Shown here: positions 36,355-46,453 of the stretch, piece by piece | Position numbering within the stretch: position 1 is the stretch's first letter | How the letters are laid out: the number at the start of each line of letters is the position of its first letter | Assembly: GCA_046331705.1 (NCBI GenBank) | Contig: JAXLQJ010000036.1 | Location: 1-64,000, forward strand | Direction of reading: 5' to 3' | Length of the DNA stretch: 64,000 nucleotides | Source of the DNA: a bacterium | Lineage (GTDB): Bacteria > JADJOY01 | Translations under genes and position numbers: made by a program | The notes under the pieces: generated by a model | Databases searched by the model: none | What the model was told of the DNA's origin: nothing | What the model saw: the letters and a program-made list of their open reading frames with translations, nothing else

Positions 36355-37803
36355 ATGCGATCGAGCCGCCCAACGCCGTCTTCGCCCGAAGCCGATCGTG
36401 CACCGCGCCGCGCACGTCGAGGGCGGCGCACCGCGGTGCTCTCGCTGCTCTCGCTGCTCGCGCCGCTCGCGCCGTGGGTGCTCGCTCCACCCGCCGCCGC
36501 GCAGCTGGAAGGCTCCGTGGTGAGCCCGAGCGGACTCACCACCGGGCCCACCGCCTGGGGGGAGTTCCGTCTCGACGTGCTGCTCGAGACCGCGTTTCGA
36601 GACTCCACCCACGTTCGCTTTCCGATCAACCACCCCTTCCCACCCGATTTCCTGCCGCCCGGCGAGACGACGATCTCCCTCGAGACGCCGGCCGGCGGGC
36701 CCTCCCTCGAGCTGGTGACGGTGAGCCTCGGCGGCGCGGTGGACTTCAGCCCCGACATCGCCGCGCGGGTGCGCGTCGACGTCGTCGACCGCTACAGCGA
36801 GAACCCGTCCTCGAACGACGACGTGCTGGTGCGCGAGGCATGGCTTCGCTTCGGCCAGCTCTCGGCGCCGCTCGAGCGCGCGCCCGGCACCACGGCGTAC
36901 GCGCGCATCGGTCGCGCACCGCGTTTCTCGCGGCCACCCTGGCGCAATCTGGAGAGCTGGGGGCTCGTGAGCACCGCGATCGGCCGCTTCGAGGAAGACC
37001 AGCTGGAGGTCGGCGGCACGCTGGGCGAGCACCTGTACTGGCGCGGCGCGCTGGCCGACGGAAACCCGCTCTTCTTCCGAGATCCCAACGCGCTCGCCGG
37101 CGACAACGGGACGGCCCAGCGCGTTCCCGGCCACGTCGAGCCGGATTTCCAATCGGGCTTTCCGATCCTCTACGACACGCTGCCGCAAGACGTGAACCTC
37201 GACGGCGACCTCCAGTACGGCGGGGGGCTCGGCGCGCGCTGGATCGACGACGATCGACGCCGCGGCATCGATGCGCTCGGCTGGTACTTCCAGCGCAGGC
37301 TGGCGGCGCGCGCGCCGATCGACGGCTCGTTCTACGGCGGCGATCTCGACCTCCTGAACGATGCCTCGGGCCTCACGCTGCCGTTCCACGGCGCGCGCAA
37401 GCTCGAAACGGGCGTCAACGTGCTGCTGCGCTACGCAGGGCTTCGCTTGTTCGGCCAGTTCGTGCACCAGGACATCGCGGCGCTCGTGCGCCACGGCTTC
37501 GAGGTCGAGCTCGCCTATCGCATCCAGCTCGACGGCTGGTTCGCATCCGGCGATCTCTCGGTCCTCAACTGGGTGCAGCCCGCCTTTCGATTCTCGAGCC
37601 TGGACAACCGATTCCGCCCCGAGCCTGGATTCGTCGCGCCCTCGATGGCGTGGGATTGGCGCAAGTACGACGCGGGCGTGCGTGTCGGCGTGATTCGCGG
37701 CCTCGACGCCACCCTCGAGTACAGCCACCACGACGTGGTGCTGTTCAGCGGACGCCTGCTCCATCCCGACGAGCTGCTCGCGACCCTCCGACTCGGACTG
37801 TGA
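36355..37803 (+). CDS. Secreted protein, probable outer-membrane beta-barrel/porin
   Basis: Signal peptide ending AAA-Q; alternating beta strands (VREAWLRFG, YDAGVRVGV, ATLEYS); C-terminal strand LLATLRLGL; start uncertain. Confidence 0.6.
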   Translation: MRSSRPTPSSPEADRAPRRARRGRRTAVLSLLSLLAPLAPWVLAPPAAAQLEGSVVSPSGLTTGPTAWGEFRLDVLLETAFRDSTHVRFPINHPFPPDFLPPGETTISLETPAGGPSLELVTVSLGGAVDFSPDIAARVRVDVVDRYSENPSSNDDVLVREAWLRFGQLSAPLERAPGTTAYARIGRAPRFSRPPWRNLESWGLVSTAIGRFEEDQLEVGGTLGEHLYWRGALADGNPLFFRDPNALAGDNGTAQRVPGHVEPDFQSGFPILYDTLPQDVNLDGDLQYGGGLGARWIDDDRRRGIDALGWYFQRRLAARAPIDGSFYGGDLDLLNDASGLTLPFHGARKLETGVNVLLRYAGLRLFGQFVHQDIAALVRHGFEVELAYRIQLDGWFASGDLSVLNWVQPAFRFSSLDNRFRPEPGFVAPSMAWDWRKYDAGVRVGVIRGLDATLEYSHHDVVLFSGRLLHPDELLATLRLGL

Positions 37804-37945
37804 GCCGCGCTGCCGCGCTGCCTCCGGGCGCCGCCGTCGGGCACGGCTTGCGTTCGCGTGGGGGGCGAAATAGTGTGCCGCGCGGAAAGCCCGCGGGCTC
37901 GCCCGAGGCGGTGCTGGTGCCGCGCGGGCCGCGGGCTCGACGTCG

Positions 37946-38931
37946 ATGTCGCCAGCGCCCGATCCCCGGCTCTTCATCGTGGCGAGCAGCTGCGTCGCCG
38001 CGCTGCTCGTGCTCCACGCGTGGCGCACGTACGGCGCGCGCCTCGGCCGCGGCTTGATCGGCGCGCTGGTGGTGACGGCGGCGTGGAAGGAGCTGGCGAT
38101 CCAGCCCTTGCCGTACGAGGTGTTGCTGCACGGCGCCAAGCCGCTCGGGATCCCCGTCGGCATCATCGTGGGCTGGCTCACGACGTCGCTCTTGGCCATC
38201 GAATGGGCTCGTCGCATCGCGCCGCTCGCGCCGCGGCGACTCGCGCGACGGCGCGGCGTGCGATTGGCGTTGACGGCGTTCTTCGCGGGCTGGATGGCGC
38301 GCGCCGTGGAGCCCATCGGCCAGGCCGCAGGCTGGTGGAGGTGGTTCCACCACGCCCTGGCGCCCCACCGGTGCTGGCCGAGGGCGACTGGGCGATCAAC
38401 GTCGTGATCATGTGCACCGTGGCCGATCTGGTCGCGCCGGCGATGCGTCACCTCGGCTGGCGCGCGACGGCGATCGCGCTCGCGGCGCTGGCGGCGCTGC
38501 TCACGCTCGCGAGCACGGGCCTGCTGGCGCTCGACGCCGTCGTGCCGCCGCCGGTGGTGACGATGGTCTTCGTGGTCGTGCCGCTGGTCTGGCTGCTCGC
38601 GCGCGGCTTCGACGTGGCTCCGACGCTCGCCGACCCGCAGCCACGCCATCGGCTGCGCGCCTGGGAGCGGTGCATCCCGGCGCTGGCGGTGCTGGTGATC
38701 GTCGCGACGCTCGCGCACTACGCGCGTGCGACCGGTCATCCCGAGCTCGCGGTCTACCAGCGTCCGCTCGCGATCGCCGCAACGCTGGTCTTCGGCGTCG
38801 ACGTCGCGGTGCTGGTGGGACGAGCGTCGCTGGCGGTGCTCGTCGGCGCGCGCCGTCTCGCTGCCGCGCGAGTGGCCGCGCCCCGAGGCGCGCTGCCAGC
38901 GCGTCACGCGGCGACGCCCCTCAGCTCCTGA
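37946..38931 (+). CDS. Polytopic membrane protein, CruF/carotenoid-biosynthesis-like N-terminus; one frameshift near 38363
   Basis: GIPVGIIVGW and VEPIGQAAGWWRW resemble the CruF/DUF422 pattern; hydrophobic sequence continues in another frame after the CGCCCCACCG C-run. Confidence 0.5.
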
Positions 38932-41099
38932 TGCAGCTCGATGGCGCTCGCCGGGCGCTCGTCGACGCGCTTGGCGAGGCAGGCCGCCACCAGCGCGTCG
39001 AGCACCGTCGGTAGCTCGGGGCGAAACGCGCGCAGACGCGGCGCCGGCCGCGACGCGGCGAGCGCCAGCGTCTCCATCGCGGTCGCGCCCTGCAACGGCT
39101 TTCGCCCCGCGAACATCTCGAACAGCACCACGCCGACGGCGTAGAGATCCGCGCGTCCGTCCACGGCCTCGCCGCGCGCCTGCTCCGGGCTCATGTAGGC
39201 CGGCGTGCCGACGATCGAGCCGTCGGCGACGGAATCGTTGCCCTCGAGAACGCGCGAGATGCCGAAATCCATGAGCTTCACGAGACCGTTCGGCAGCACC
39301 ATCACGTTTTGCGGCTTGAGGTCGCGGTGCACGATGCCTGCTTCGTGAACCGCCGCGAGCCCCCGACAGAGCTGCTTGGCGATCTGCAGCCCGGGGCCGA
39401 GCGCCAGCGCTCCGAGGCGGTCGAGCATCTCGCGCAACGTGGTGCCCGGCACGTATTCCATCGTGAGGAAACGCATCCCGCCCCACTCGCCGAGATCGTG
39501 GGTGCGCACCACGTTGGGATGAGTGATCTTGCGCGCCAGGCGGATCTCTCGACGCAGCGTCTCGGCGGCCAGGTCCCCAGCAGGGAAGGCTTCCGGCAAC
39601 AGCACCTTGAGCGCAACGTCGTCGTCGAGCTCGCGATCGCGGGCGCGGAACACCGAGCCCATGCCGCCCGAGCCGAGGCAAGCCTCGATCTCGTAGCGCT
39701 CCGCGAAGCGCCGCCCCACCGCCGGCATCCGCGCGTCGCCGGTGCCCGCGGCGGCGGCGGCCGGCGCGTCCGGTCGCGAGCGCGGGTCGCCATGCTGGCG
39801 CAGCTCCGCCACCAAGGCCTCGAGCGCCGCCTTCTCGCGCAGCTCCGCCACCATCCCGCGAAAGGCGACCGCCAGCGCGCCCACCTCGCCCGTACCATCC
39901 TCCGGCAGCTCCACGTCGAGGCGACCATCGCGGATGGCGCTGGCGCCCGCGGCGAGCTGCTCGATGGGCTTGGCCAGGCCCCGGCCCACCACGAACGAGA
40001 GCGGCAGCGCGAGCACCAGCGCCAGCCCACCCAGCGCCACCAAGCTGTCGCGGATCTCGCGGAACGCCGCGGTCTCGTCGGCGCGCGACCGCGACACCAC
40101 GCACGCGCCGAGCAGCTCGGCCGACGCGCTCTCGATCGGCACCGACGTGACCAGCCGCGACTCACCCGCCACCACGAGGTCGAGGGCCAGGCCGTCCGCC
40201 TGGCGGGTCAAGAGCTCCGCCCCGCGCTCGCGCATCCCGGCCAGGACGCTCTCGAACTCCGCCGCGCGGAAGCCCGCGGTGGTGGCGGAAAGCAGCGGCC
40301 GCGGCGCCTCGCCGCGCCGGGCGACGTCGGCGACGAACGCGACCTCGCCGCCGGTGAGCGCCTGCACCTCGCCGGCGCGCGCCGCATCCAGGCCCGAGGT
40401 CGCCGCGAGCACGCCGTTGAGCACCGCCGAATCCCCCTGACCCGAGAGCACCGGCACGGCCGCCACGATCGAGAGCACGTCCTTCTCGCGAATCGCGGCC
40501 GCCACCGGATGGCGGGCCACGAGCGGCTCCGCGACCCAGCGAACCCCCGCGAACGAGCTCCCCTCGCCGCTGCCCGGCGCGCGATCGCTGCGCGCGAGCA
40601 GCGCGCCGTCACGATCGAAGAGGAAGACGGTGCGCGCCTGGTGGAGCGCGGCCAGATCGCGCGCCCACTCGGTGCGGGTCTCGGCGTCGGTCGCGACGAA
40701 CAGCGCGCGGGTGCCAGGTTCCTCCGAGACCGCGCGCAGCCATTGGACGAGCTGGTCCTCGACGCTGGTCCGGTACACGCCGAAGAGCGCGGGCACCTTG
40801 GCCAGCGCCGCGCGGATCGTCCGTTCGGCGACCACGTTGGCTCGCCAGGTCGCGAAGGCGATCGAGGTGGCCAGCGTGAAGAGCACCAGGAGCGCGCACG
40901 CCACGAAGATCTGGGTGCGAATGCCCGGCCCGCGCACGACGACCGCGCCGCCCCGCGACGCGGTCGCGGCGAACGTGCGCGTCACCTCTTCGGAGCGCGC
41001 TCGCAGCGGAGGCAACCGCGCCGTATCGGCGGTGCTCGCGCCAGGCGATCGCGAGCGCGAGGCCGAATCCGTGGCGTCAGTAGCGCGTCTCGTCGTCAT
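38904..41099 (-). CDS. Transmembrane sensor-HAMP-Ser/Thr (Hanks-type) protein kinase
   Basis: TM1, ~290-aa extracytoplasmic region, TM2, HAMP (PIEQLA...EVGALAVAF..M); GSGGMG, VALK, HRDLKPQN, DFG, GTPAYMSPE; start uncertain. Confidence 0.92.
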   Translation of the reverse strand: MTTRRATDATDSASRSRSPGASTADTARLPPLRARSEEVTRTFAATASRGGAVVVRGPGIRTQIFVACALLVLFTLATSIAFATWRANVVAERTIRAALAKVPALFGVYRTSVEDQLVQWLRAVSEEPGTRALFVATDAETRTEWARDLAALHQARTVFLFDRDGALLARSDRAPGSGEGSSFAGVRWVAEPLVARHPVAAAIREKDVLSIVAAVPVLSGQGDSAVLNGVLAATSGLDAARAGEVQALTGGEVAFVADVARRGEAPRPLLSATTAGFRAAEFESVLAGMRERGAELLTRQADGLALDLVVAGESRLVTSVPIESASAELLGACVVSRSRADETAAFREIRDSLVALGGLALVLALPLSFVVGRGLAKPIEQLAAGASAIRDGRLDVELPEDGTGEVGALAVAFRGMVAELREKAALEALVAELRQHGDPRSRPDAPAAAAAGTGDARMPAVGRRFAERYEIEACLGSGGMGSVFRARDRELDDDVALKVLLPEAFPAGDLAAETLRREIRLARKITHPNVVRTHDLGEWGGMRFLTMEYVPGTTLREMLDRLGALALGPGLQIAKQLCRGLAAVHEAGIVHRDLKPQNVMVLPNGLVKLMDFGISRVLEGNDSVADGSIVGTPAYMSPEQARGEAVDGRADLYAVGVVLFEMFAGRKPLQGATAMETLALAASRPAPRLRAFRPELPTVLDALVAACLAKRVDERPASAIELHQELRGVAA

Positions 41100-41835
41100 C
41101 GGGCGGCGGATACGGCTTGCCGTACTTGTTGAGGTGGCCTACCTCGCGCCAGCTCGAGGCATCGAGCGCCACCTCGACCTCGGTCGGAGCCTCGGCCGCG
41201 ACCTCGACACTTCCCGACCACGATCCGCCGCGCTCGTGCCACACCGCGAGCGCGTGCCGGCCCGTGGGAACCGCGCTCAGCTCGACGACGCCGTCGTCGG
41301 GTGCCACCCCGAACGCGCGGCTCGGCACCACGACCACGTAGGCCAGCATCCGCGGATGGATGTTGCAGTAGATCGGGACCACGCCTGGCTTCGTGAAGAC
41401 TTGGCTCTTGGCGTCGCCGTTGCGGTAGAGCCCGAGATCGAATCCACCGACCTCGGAGCTCGAAAACACGTTGTGAAAGATCGGATCGTCGTTGGGAAAG
41501 CGCACGCTCGCCCCCACGGGCACCGCCACCACCCGCGGGACGAAGGTCTTCTGTCGCGATGCGATCGCGGGCGCAGCCGCGCCGGCGCCAGGATCCTGAG
41601 CCGAGGGCAGATCGCTCAGCCAGGCCACGGCCTGGGCCGCGCCGACGCGGATGCCATCTTCGCCGCGCACGCTCACCCGCACCCGCAGCGCTCCCTCACC
41701 CGCGCGCGCCGAGGCGGCCGCGACACTCGTCAGCACGACCGCCGCGAGTAGCCGCGCCCCGAGCGCTGGCGAAGGGGAGCGCGCGCGCCGCGGCTGCCCA
41801 GGGGTTGCCTGGACAGCCCCCTCCCCGGCGTTCAT
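41077..41835 (-). CDS. Secreted cupredoxin (type-1 Cu) plus carboxypeptidase-regulatory-like beta-sandwich protein
   Basis: Signal peptide; FVPRVVAVPVG..VRFPNDDPIFHNVFS; YCNIHPRM (His/Cys/His/Met ligands); VPTGRHALAVWHER. Confidence 0.8.
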   Translation of the reverse strand: MNAGEGAVQATPGQPRRARSPSPALGARLLAAVVLTSVAAASARAGEGALRVRVSVRGEDGIRVGAAQAVAWLSDLPSAQDPGAGAAAPAIASRQKTFVPRVVAVPVGASVRFPNDDPIFHNVFSSSEVGGFDLGLYRNGDAKSQVFTKPGVVPIYCNIHPRMLAYVVVVPSRAFGVAPDDGVVELSAVPTGRHALAVWHERGGSWSGSVEVAAEAPTEVEVALDASSWREVGHLNKYGKPYPPPDDDETRY

Positions 41836-41905
41836 ACTGCCGCGCGTCATCGCGCGGCGACCGCGAAAACGCTCACGCGGCACTCGATCCGACGAGGGAC
41901 CGAAC

Positions 41906-42466
41906 ATGGCGGCAACTCCATCCAGCATGCTCGCGCTCGGGACCCCTGCACCGCCGTTCGCGCTGCCGGACGCGGTGACCGGTCGCTCCGTCTCGAACGC
42001 GGATTTCGTGGGAGCTCCCGCGCTCCTGGTCATGTTCATCTGCAACCACTGTCCGTACGTGAAGCACGTGCGATCGGTTTTGGCGTCGCTCGGCAGCGAG
42101 TATCAGGCGAAGGGCGTGGCGGTGGTGGCCATCAACTCGAACGACTTCGCCGCGTATCCCGACGACAGCCCCGACAACATGCGGGAGGAAGCCCGCGCCG
42201 CCGGGTACACCTTCCCATACCTCGTGGACGAGAGCCAGGCGGTGGCGCGCGCGTATCAGGCGGCGTGCACACCGGATTTCTTCCTCTTCGACCGCGACGC
42301 GAAGCTCGTCTACCGCGGGCAGCTGGACGCCAGCCGGCCGGGCAACACGGTCCCCCCGAGCGGCGCCGACTTGCGCGCCGCGCTGGACGCCGTGCTCGCG
42401 GGGCGCCCTGCGCCCGCCGACCAGAAGCCGAGTCTCGGCTGCAACATCAAGTGGAAGCCGCGCTGA
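41906..42466 (+). CDS. AhpC/TSA-like thioredoxin-family protein
   Basis: MFICNHCPYV, AINSND, YPDDSP, YLVDESQ, ACTPDFF, SLGCNIKWK. Confidence 0.92.
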   Translation: MAATPSSMLALGTPAPPFALPDAVTGRSVSNADFVGAPALLVMFICNHCPYVKHVRSVLASLGSEYQAKGVAVVAINSNDFAAYPDDSPDNMREEARAAGYTFPYLVDESQAVARAYQAACTPDFFLFDRDAKLVYRGQLDASRPGNTVPPSGADLRAALDAVLAGRPAPADQKPSLGCNIKWKPR

Positions 42467-43272
42467 GCGCCGTCGACGCGAAGCAGGCGGCGATCGCCGA
42501 GGCGATCGTGGCGCTGGTCGAGCTCATGGCCCGGCTTCGCTCCCCGGACGGCTGCCCGTGGGATCGGGCCCAGGACGAGCGCACGCTCAAGCCGTACCTG
42601 ATCGAGGAGGCCCACGAGGTCGCCGAGGCGATCGACGCCGGGGATCCGGTCGAGCTGCGCGACGAGCTCGGCGATCTGCTGTTCCAGATCGTGTTCCAGG
42701 CGCACCTGCTCGCGGAACGCGGGCACGGTGATCTGGGCGACGTGGCGCGCGCCATCACCGCCAAGATGGTGCGCCGCCATCCCCACGTCTTCGGCGCCAC
42801 CGGTCCGATCGAGACCGCCGGCGAGGTCGCCGACCGCTGGGAAGAGCTCAAGGAGAACGAGCGCAAGGAGTCCGGACGATCGCTGCTCGACGGCCTGCCC
42901 GTGTCCCTGCCCGCGCTCACCGCCGCGAGCCGCATGGGCGAGAAGGCCGCGTCGCTCGGCTTCGCCTGGCCGCACGTGCGCGCGGTGGTCGCGAAGCTCG
43001 ACGAGGAGCTCGCCGAGCTGCTCGAGGTGGTCGAGGGCGGCGACGCCGCGCGCATCCAAGACGAGCTCGGCGACGTGCTCTTCGTGATGGCCAACCTCGG
43101 TCGCATGGTGGGCGCGCACCCCGAGGAGGCGCTGCGCTCCGCCAATCGCAAGTTCCGCGGACGGTTCGGTTACGTCGAGTCGCGATTGCGCGAGCAGGGG
43201 CGCTCGCTGAGCGAATCGACGCTGGCCGAGATGGAAGCATTGTGGGCGGAGGCCAAGCGCACCGGGCTGTGA
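42463..43272 (+). CDS. mazG: Nucleoside triphosphate pyrophosphohydrolase MazG
   Basis: LRSPDGCPWD, EEAHE, DELGDLLFQ, RRHPHVF, second ELGD domain; start uncertain (CTG 42463 or ATG 42526). Confidence 0.93.
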   Translation: MSAVDAKQAAIAEAIVALVELMARLRSPDGCPWDRAQDERTLKPYLIEEAHEVAEAIDAGDPVELRDELGDLLFQIVFQAHLLAERGHGDLGDVARAITAKMVRRHPHVFGATGPIETAGEVADRWEELKENERKESGRSLLDGLPVSLPALTAASRMGEKAASLGFAWPHVRAVVAKLDEELAELLEVVEGGDAARIQDELGDVLFVMANLGRMVGAHPEEALRSANRKFRGRFGYVESRLREQGRSLSESTLAEMEALWAEAKRTGL

Positions 43273-43296
43273 CGGCGCCTCGCTCCGAACGCCACC

Positions 43297-44775
43297 GTGA
43301 AGCTGCTCTTTCGGTTCACCGCCGTGTTGTTCGCGGCGCTGGTGCTCGTGCTCACCGCCGCCGCGTGGGTCGGCGTGCGCAGCCGCAAGCTCACGTTCGA
43401 CGTGGACATGCGGCGCGATCATCGCCAGATCGCCCAGATCCTCACGAACGGCATCGAGCGCGCGTGGCAAAGCGGCGGCCAAGCGGAGCTCGAGCGCCTC
43501 GTCCACGACACCACCGCCGCGCACGCGCAGATCACCGTGCGCTGGCGGGCACGCGGTGAGGGCGCCGACGAGGCTGCGTACGCGGAGATCCCCGCGCAGG
43601 TCCGCGAGCGCGTCGCCCGCGGCGAGAGCGTCTCGGTGCGCCTCGCGCACCCCGGAGAAGGCGAGTTCCTGCACACGTTCGTGCCGGTCGCGTACGGCGG
43701 GCGCACGGGCGGCGTGATCGAGCTGGCGGAGTCCCTCGAGGACGAGCGCGCCTTCGTGCGCGCGAGCATCAAGAACGCCATCGGCACCACCGTCGTGGTG
43801 GCGGCGGTGAGCGCAAGCCTGGCGGCTGCGCTGGGGACCTTCCTGGTGGGGCGCCCGATCGGGCTCTTGGTCGAGAAGGCCCGCCGAGTCGGATTCGGCG
43901 ATCTCGGCGGGCCGCTCCACTTGCGCACTGGCGACGAGCTCGCCGAGCTCGCGACCGAGCTCAATCTCATGTGCGACCGGCTCGCCAGCGCCCGCGATGC
44001 CCTCGCCGCCGAGTCCGAGCGGCGCATCGCCGCGCTCGAGCAGCTCCGTCACGCCGATCGGCTGAGCACGGTGGGCAAGCTCGCCGCCGGTGTCGCGCAC
44101 GAGCTCGGCACGCCGCTCAACGTGGTGTCCGGTCGCGCACGCATGATCGAGACTCGGGCGCGCGATTCCGCGGTGCTCGAGATCGGCGAGCACGCGCGCA
44201 TCATCGACGACCAGGTCAAGCGCATGGCGCGGATCATCCGCCAGCTTCTCGATTTCGCGCGACGGCGCGAGGCGCATCGCGCGCCGACACCCGCGGCGCC
44301 ACTCGCGCAACGCGTGGCGACCATGCTGGCGCCGATGGCGCGACGAGCGGGCGTCGAGATCTCGGTGGCGCTGCCCGCGGCGGCGCCCGAGCTGGTGACG
44401 GACATCGATGCGTCGCAGATCGAGCAGGTCCTCACCAACGTGGTCGTGAACGGCATCCAGGCGATGCCGAGCGGCGGCCCGCTCGAGGTGCGGGTCGACC
44501 ACGCGGACGCGATCGCGCCGGCCACCAGCGGCAAGAGCGGGTCCCGGTGGATCCGCTTCGACGTCGTGGACCACGGCCAGGGGATCCCGCCCGAGGCGCT
44601 GCCGCACGTGTTCGAGCCCTTCTTCACCACCAAGGCCGTCGGCGAGGGCACCGGGCTCGGGCTCTCGGTCTCGTACGGGATCGTGAACGAGCACGGTGGC
44701 TGGATCGACATCACGAGCGAGCTCGGGCACGGCACCCGCGTCTCGATCTTTCTACCGGAGGCCGACGCGCGATGA
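43297..44775 (+). CDS. Membrane HAMP sensor histidine kinase (NtrB-like)
   Basis: Two TMs, HAMP, AHELGTPL (H box), NVVVNG, DHGQGI, FEPFFTTK, GTGLGL. Confidence 0.94.
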   Translation: MKLLFRFTAVLFAALVLVLTAAAWVGVRSRKLTFDVDMRRDHRQIAQILTNGIERAWQSGGQAELERLVHDTTAAHAQITVRWRARGEGADEAAYAEIPAQVRERVARGESVSVRLAHPGEGEFLHTFVPVAYGGRTGGVIELAESLEDERAFVRASIKNAIGTTVVVAAVSASLAAALGTFLVGRPIGLLVEKARRVGFGDLGGPLHLRTGDELAELATELNLMCDRLASARDALAAESERRIAALEQLRHADRLSTVGKLAAGVAHELGTPLNVVSGRARMIETRARDSAVLEIGEHARIIDDQVKRMARIIRQLLDFARRREAHRAPTPAAPLAQRVATMLAPMARRAGVEISVALPAAAPELVTDIDASQIEQVLTNVVVNGIQAMPSGGPLEVRVDHADAIAPATSGKSGSRWIRFDVVDHGQGIPPEALPHVFEPFFTTKAVGEGTGLGLSVSYGIVNEHGGWIDITSELGHGTRVSIFLPEADAR

Positions 44776-46166
44776 GCGATCGCATCCTGGTGGTGGAAGA
44801 CGATCCGGCGATGTGCCGGCTGCTGGTCGACCAGCTCGAGGCCGAGGGGTTCGCCGTCGCGTCCCGCACCTCGGGCACCGAGGGCCTGCACTACGCCACC
44901 GAGCACGACGTCGAGGCGGTGATCGCCGACGTCAACATGCCGGGGCTCAACGGCATCGACCTGACCAAGCAGGTGCTCGGCGTGCGTCCGGAGCTGCCGG
45001 TGATCCTCGTGACGGCGTTCGGCAGCGTCGACAACGCGGTGGCCGCGATCCGCGCCGGCGCCTACGACTTCATCACCAAGCCCATCGAGCTCGAGGTGTT
45101 GCTGATCGCCGTGCGCCGCGCGGTGCAGCGGCGCCACCTCGGCCGCGAGGTACGGCTGCTCCGCGAGGCGCTCGCCGAGTCGGCGCAGTTCGAGGAGATC
45201 CTCGGCGAGAGCCCACCGATGCGCGAGCTCTTCGAGCTGCTCGCGCGCATCGCCGGCGCCGACGCCGCGGTGCTGATCGCTGGCGAGAGCGGCGTCGGCA
45301 AGGAGCTGGTGGCGAAGGCGCTGCACCACCGGGGCCGACGTCGCGACGGACCGTTCGTCGCGGTCAACTGTGCGGCCGTCCCCGAGACGCTGCTCGAGAG
45401 CGAGCTGTTCGGCCACGCCCGCGGCGCCTTCACCGATGCCCGCGCCGATCGCGTCGGGCTCTTCGTGCGCGCCAGCGGCGGAACGCTCTTCCTCGACGAG
45501 ATCGGCGATCTGCCGCTCCCGCTGCAGCCCAAGCTCTTGCGCGCGCTCGAGGAGCGGGCGGTGCGCCCGCTGGGCGGCACCAACGAGGTACCGTTCGACG
45601 TCGCGCTGGTCTGCGCCACCAACGCGGACCTGGAAGCAGCGGTGGAGGAAGGTCGATTCCGCGAGGACCTCTACTTCCGGATCAACGTCATCCAGGTGGA
45701 CGTGCCGCCGCTGCGCGCCCGTGGCAACGACGTGCTGCTGCTGGCGCAGCACTACCTCGAGCGATTCGCGGCGCGGGGCGACAAGGAAGTGCGGTCGCCG
45801 TCGCCGGCCGTGGCGGCACGGCTGCTCGCTTACCCCTGGCCCGGCAACGTCCGCGAGCTGCGCAACTGCATCGAGCGTTGCGTCGCGCTGGCGCGCGGAC
45901 CGGAGCTCTCGGTCGACGATCTGCCGCGACGAATCCGCGAGTTCGCCGCCGAGCCCGTGTTGGTGGGCGGTGACGATCCCTCCGAGCTGGTGCCGCTCGA
46001 GCAGATCGAGCGCCAGTACATCCTGCGGGTGCTCGAGTCGACGGGCGGCAACAAGCGCCTGGCGGCGCGGATCCTCGGCCTCGACCGCAAGACGCTCTAT
46101 CGAAAGCTCGAGCGCTACGGCGCGGGCGCCCAAGGCGACGCGAGCGACACCGCTCCCGACGCATGA
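44772..46166 (+). CDS. Sigma54-dependent response regulator (NtrC/AtoC family)
   Basis: REC (DVNMP), GESGVGKE, ESELFGHARGAFTDA, LFLDEIG, WPGNVREL, C-terminal Fis HTH; ATGA overlap with kinase stop. Confidence 0.95.
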   Translation: MSDRILVVEDDPAMCRLLVDQLEAEGFAVASRTSGTEGLHYATEHDVEAVIADVNMPGLNGIDLTKQVLGVRPELPVILVTAFGSVDNAVAAIRAGAYDFITKPIELEVLLIAVRRAVQRRHLGREVRLLREALAESAQFEEILGESPPMRELFELLARIAGADAAVLIAGESGVGKELVAKALHHRGRRRDGPFVAVNCAAVPETLLESELFGHARGAFTDARADRVGLFVRASGGTLFLDEIGDLPLPLQPKLLRALEERAVRPLGGTNEVPFDVALVCATNADLEAAVEEGRFREDLYFRINVIQVDVPPLRARGNDVLLLAQHYLERFAARGDKEVRSPSPAVAARLLAYPWPGNVRELRNCIERCVALARGPELSVDDLPRRIREFAAEPVLVGGDDPSELVPLEQIERQYILRVLESTGGNKRLAARILGLDRKTLYRKLERYGAGAQGDASDTAPDA

Positions 46167-46387
46167 GTCAGGGCTCGGGCGCGCCGCACTGACGCCCGCC
46201 GGTCGCGACGGGCTGCGCGCGGCGCCACGCTCGCAGCGGCGCTCGTGTGGCGTTTCGCCCCCGGTGTGGCCCGAGGACGCCGCGTCGACCGCCCCACCGC
46301 GGGCTCGCGGGCGAGTGACGGCCGGCGAAAGCGGGAAATCATCCAATCTGCCGGCACCTTGCGCACGGCGAGCGGGTTCCGACGCCG

Positions 46388-46404
46388 TTGGTACGGGACC
46401 TGCT
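46388..46404 (+). promoter_or_regulatory. Candidate sigma54 promoter upstream of single-domain response regulator
   Basis: TTGGTACG-GGAC-CTGCT with GG-N10-GC spacing, just downstream of a sigma54 activator gene. Confidence 0.55.
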
Positions 46405-46453
46405 CTCACAGCGGTGAGAGTGCAGCGCGCCTGCGCACTCCGGTGGAGCCGAC

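Noticed and set aside
42463..43272. MazG as an anti-phage or toxin-antitoxin component
   Set aside because: Canonical tandem-domain housekeeping MazG with no mazEF or defence genes nearby.
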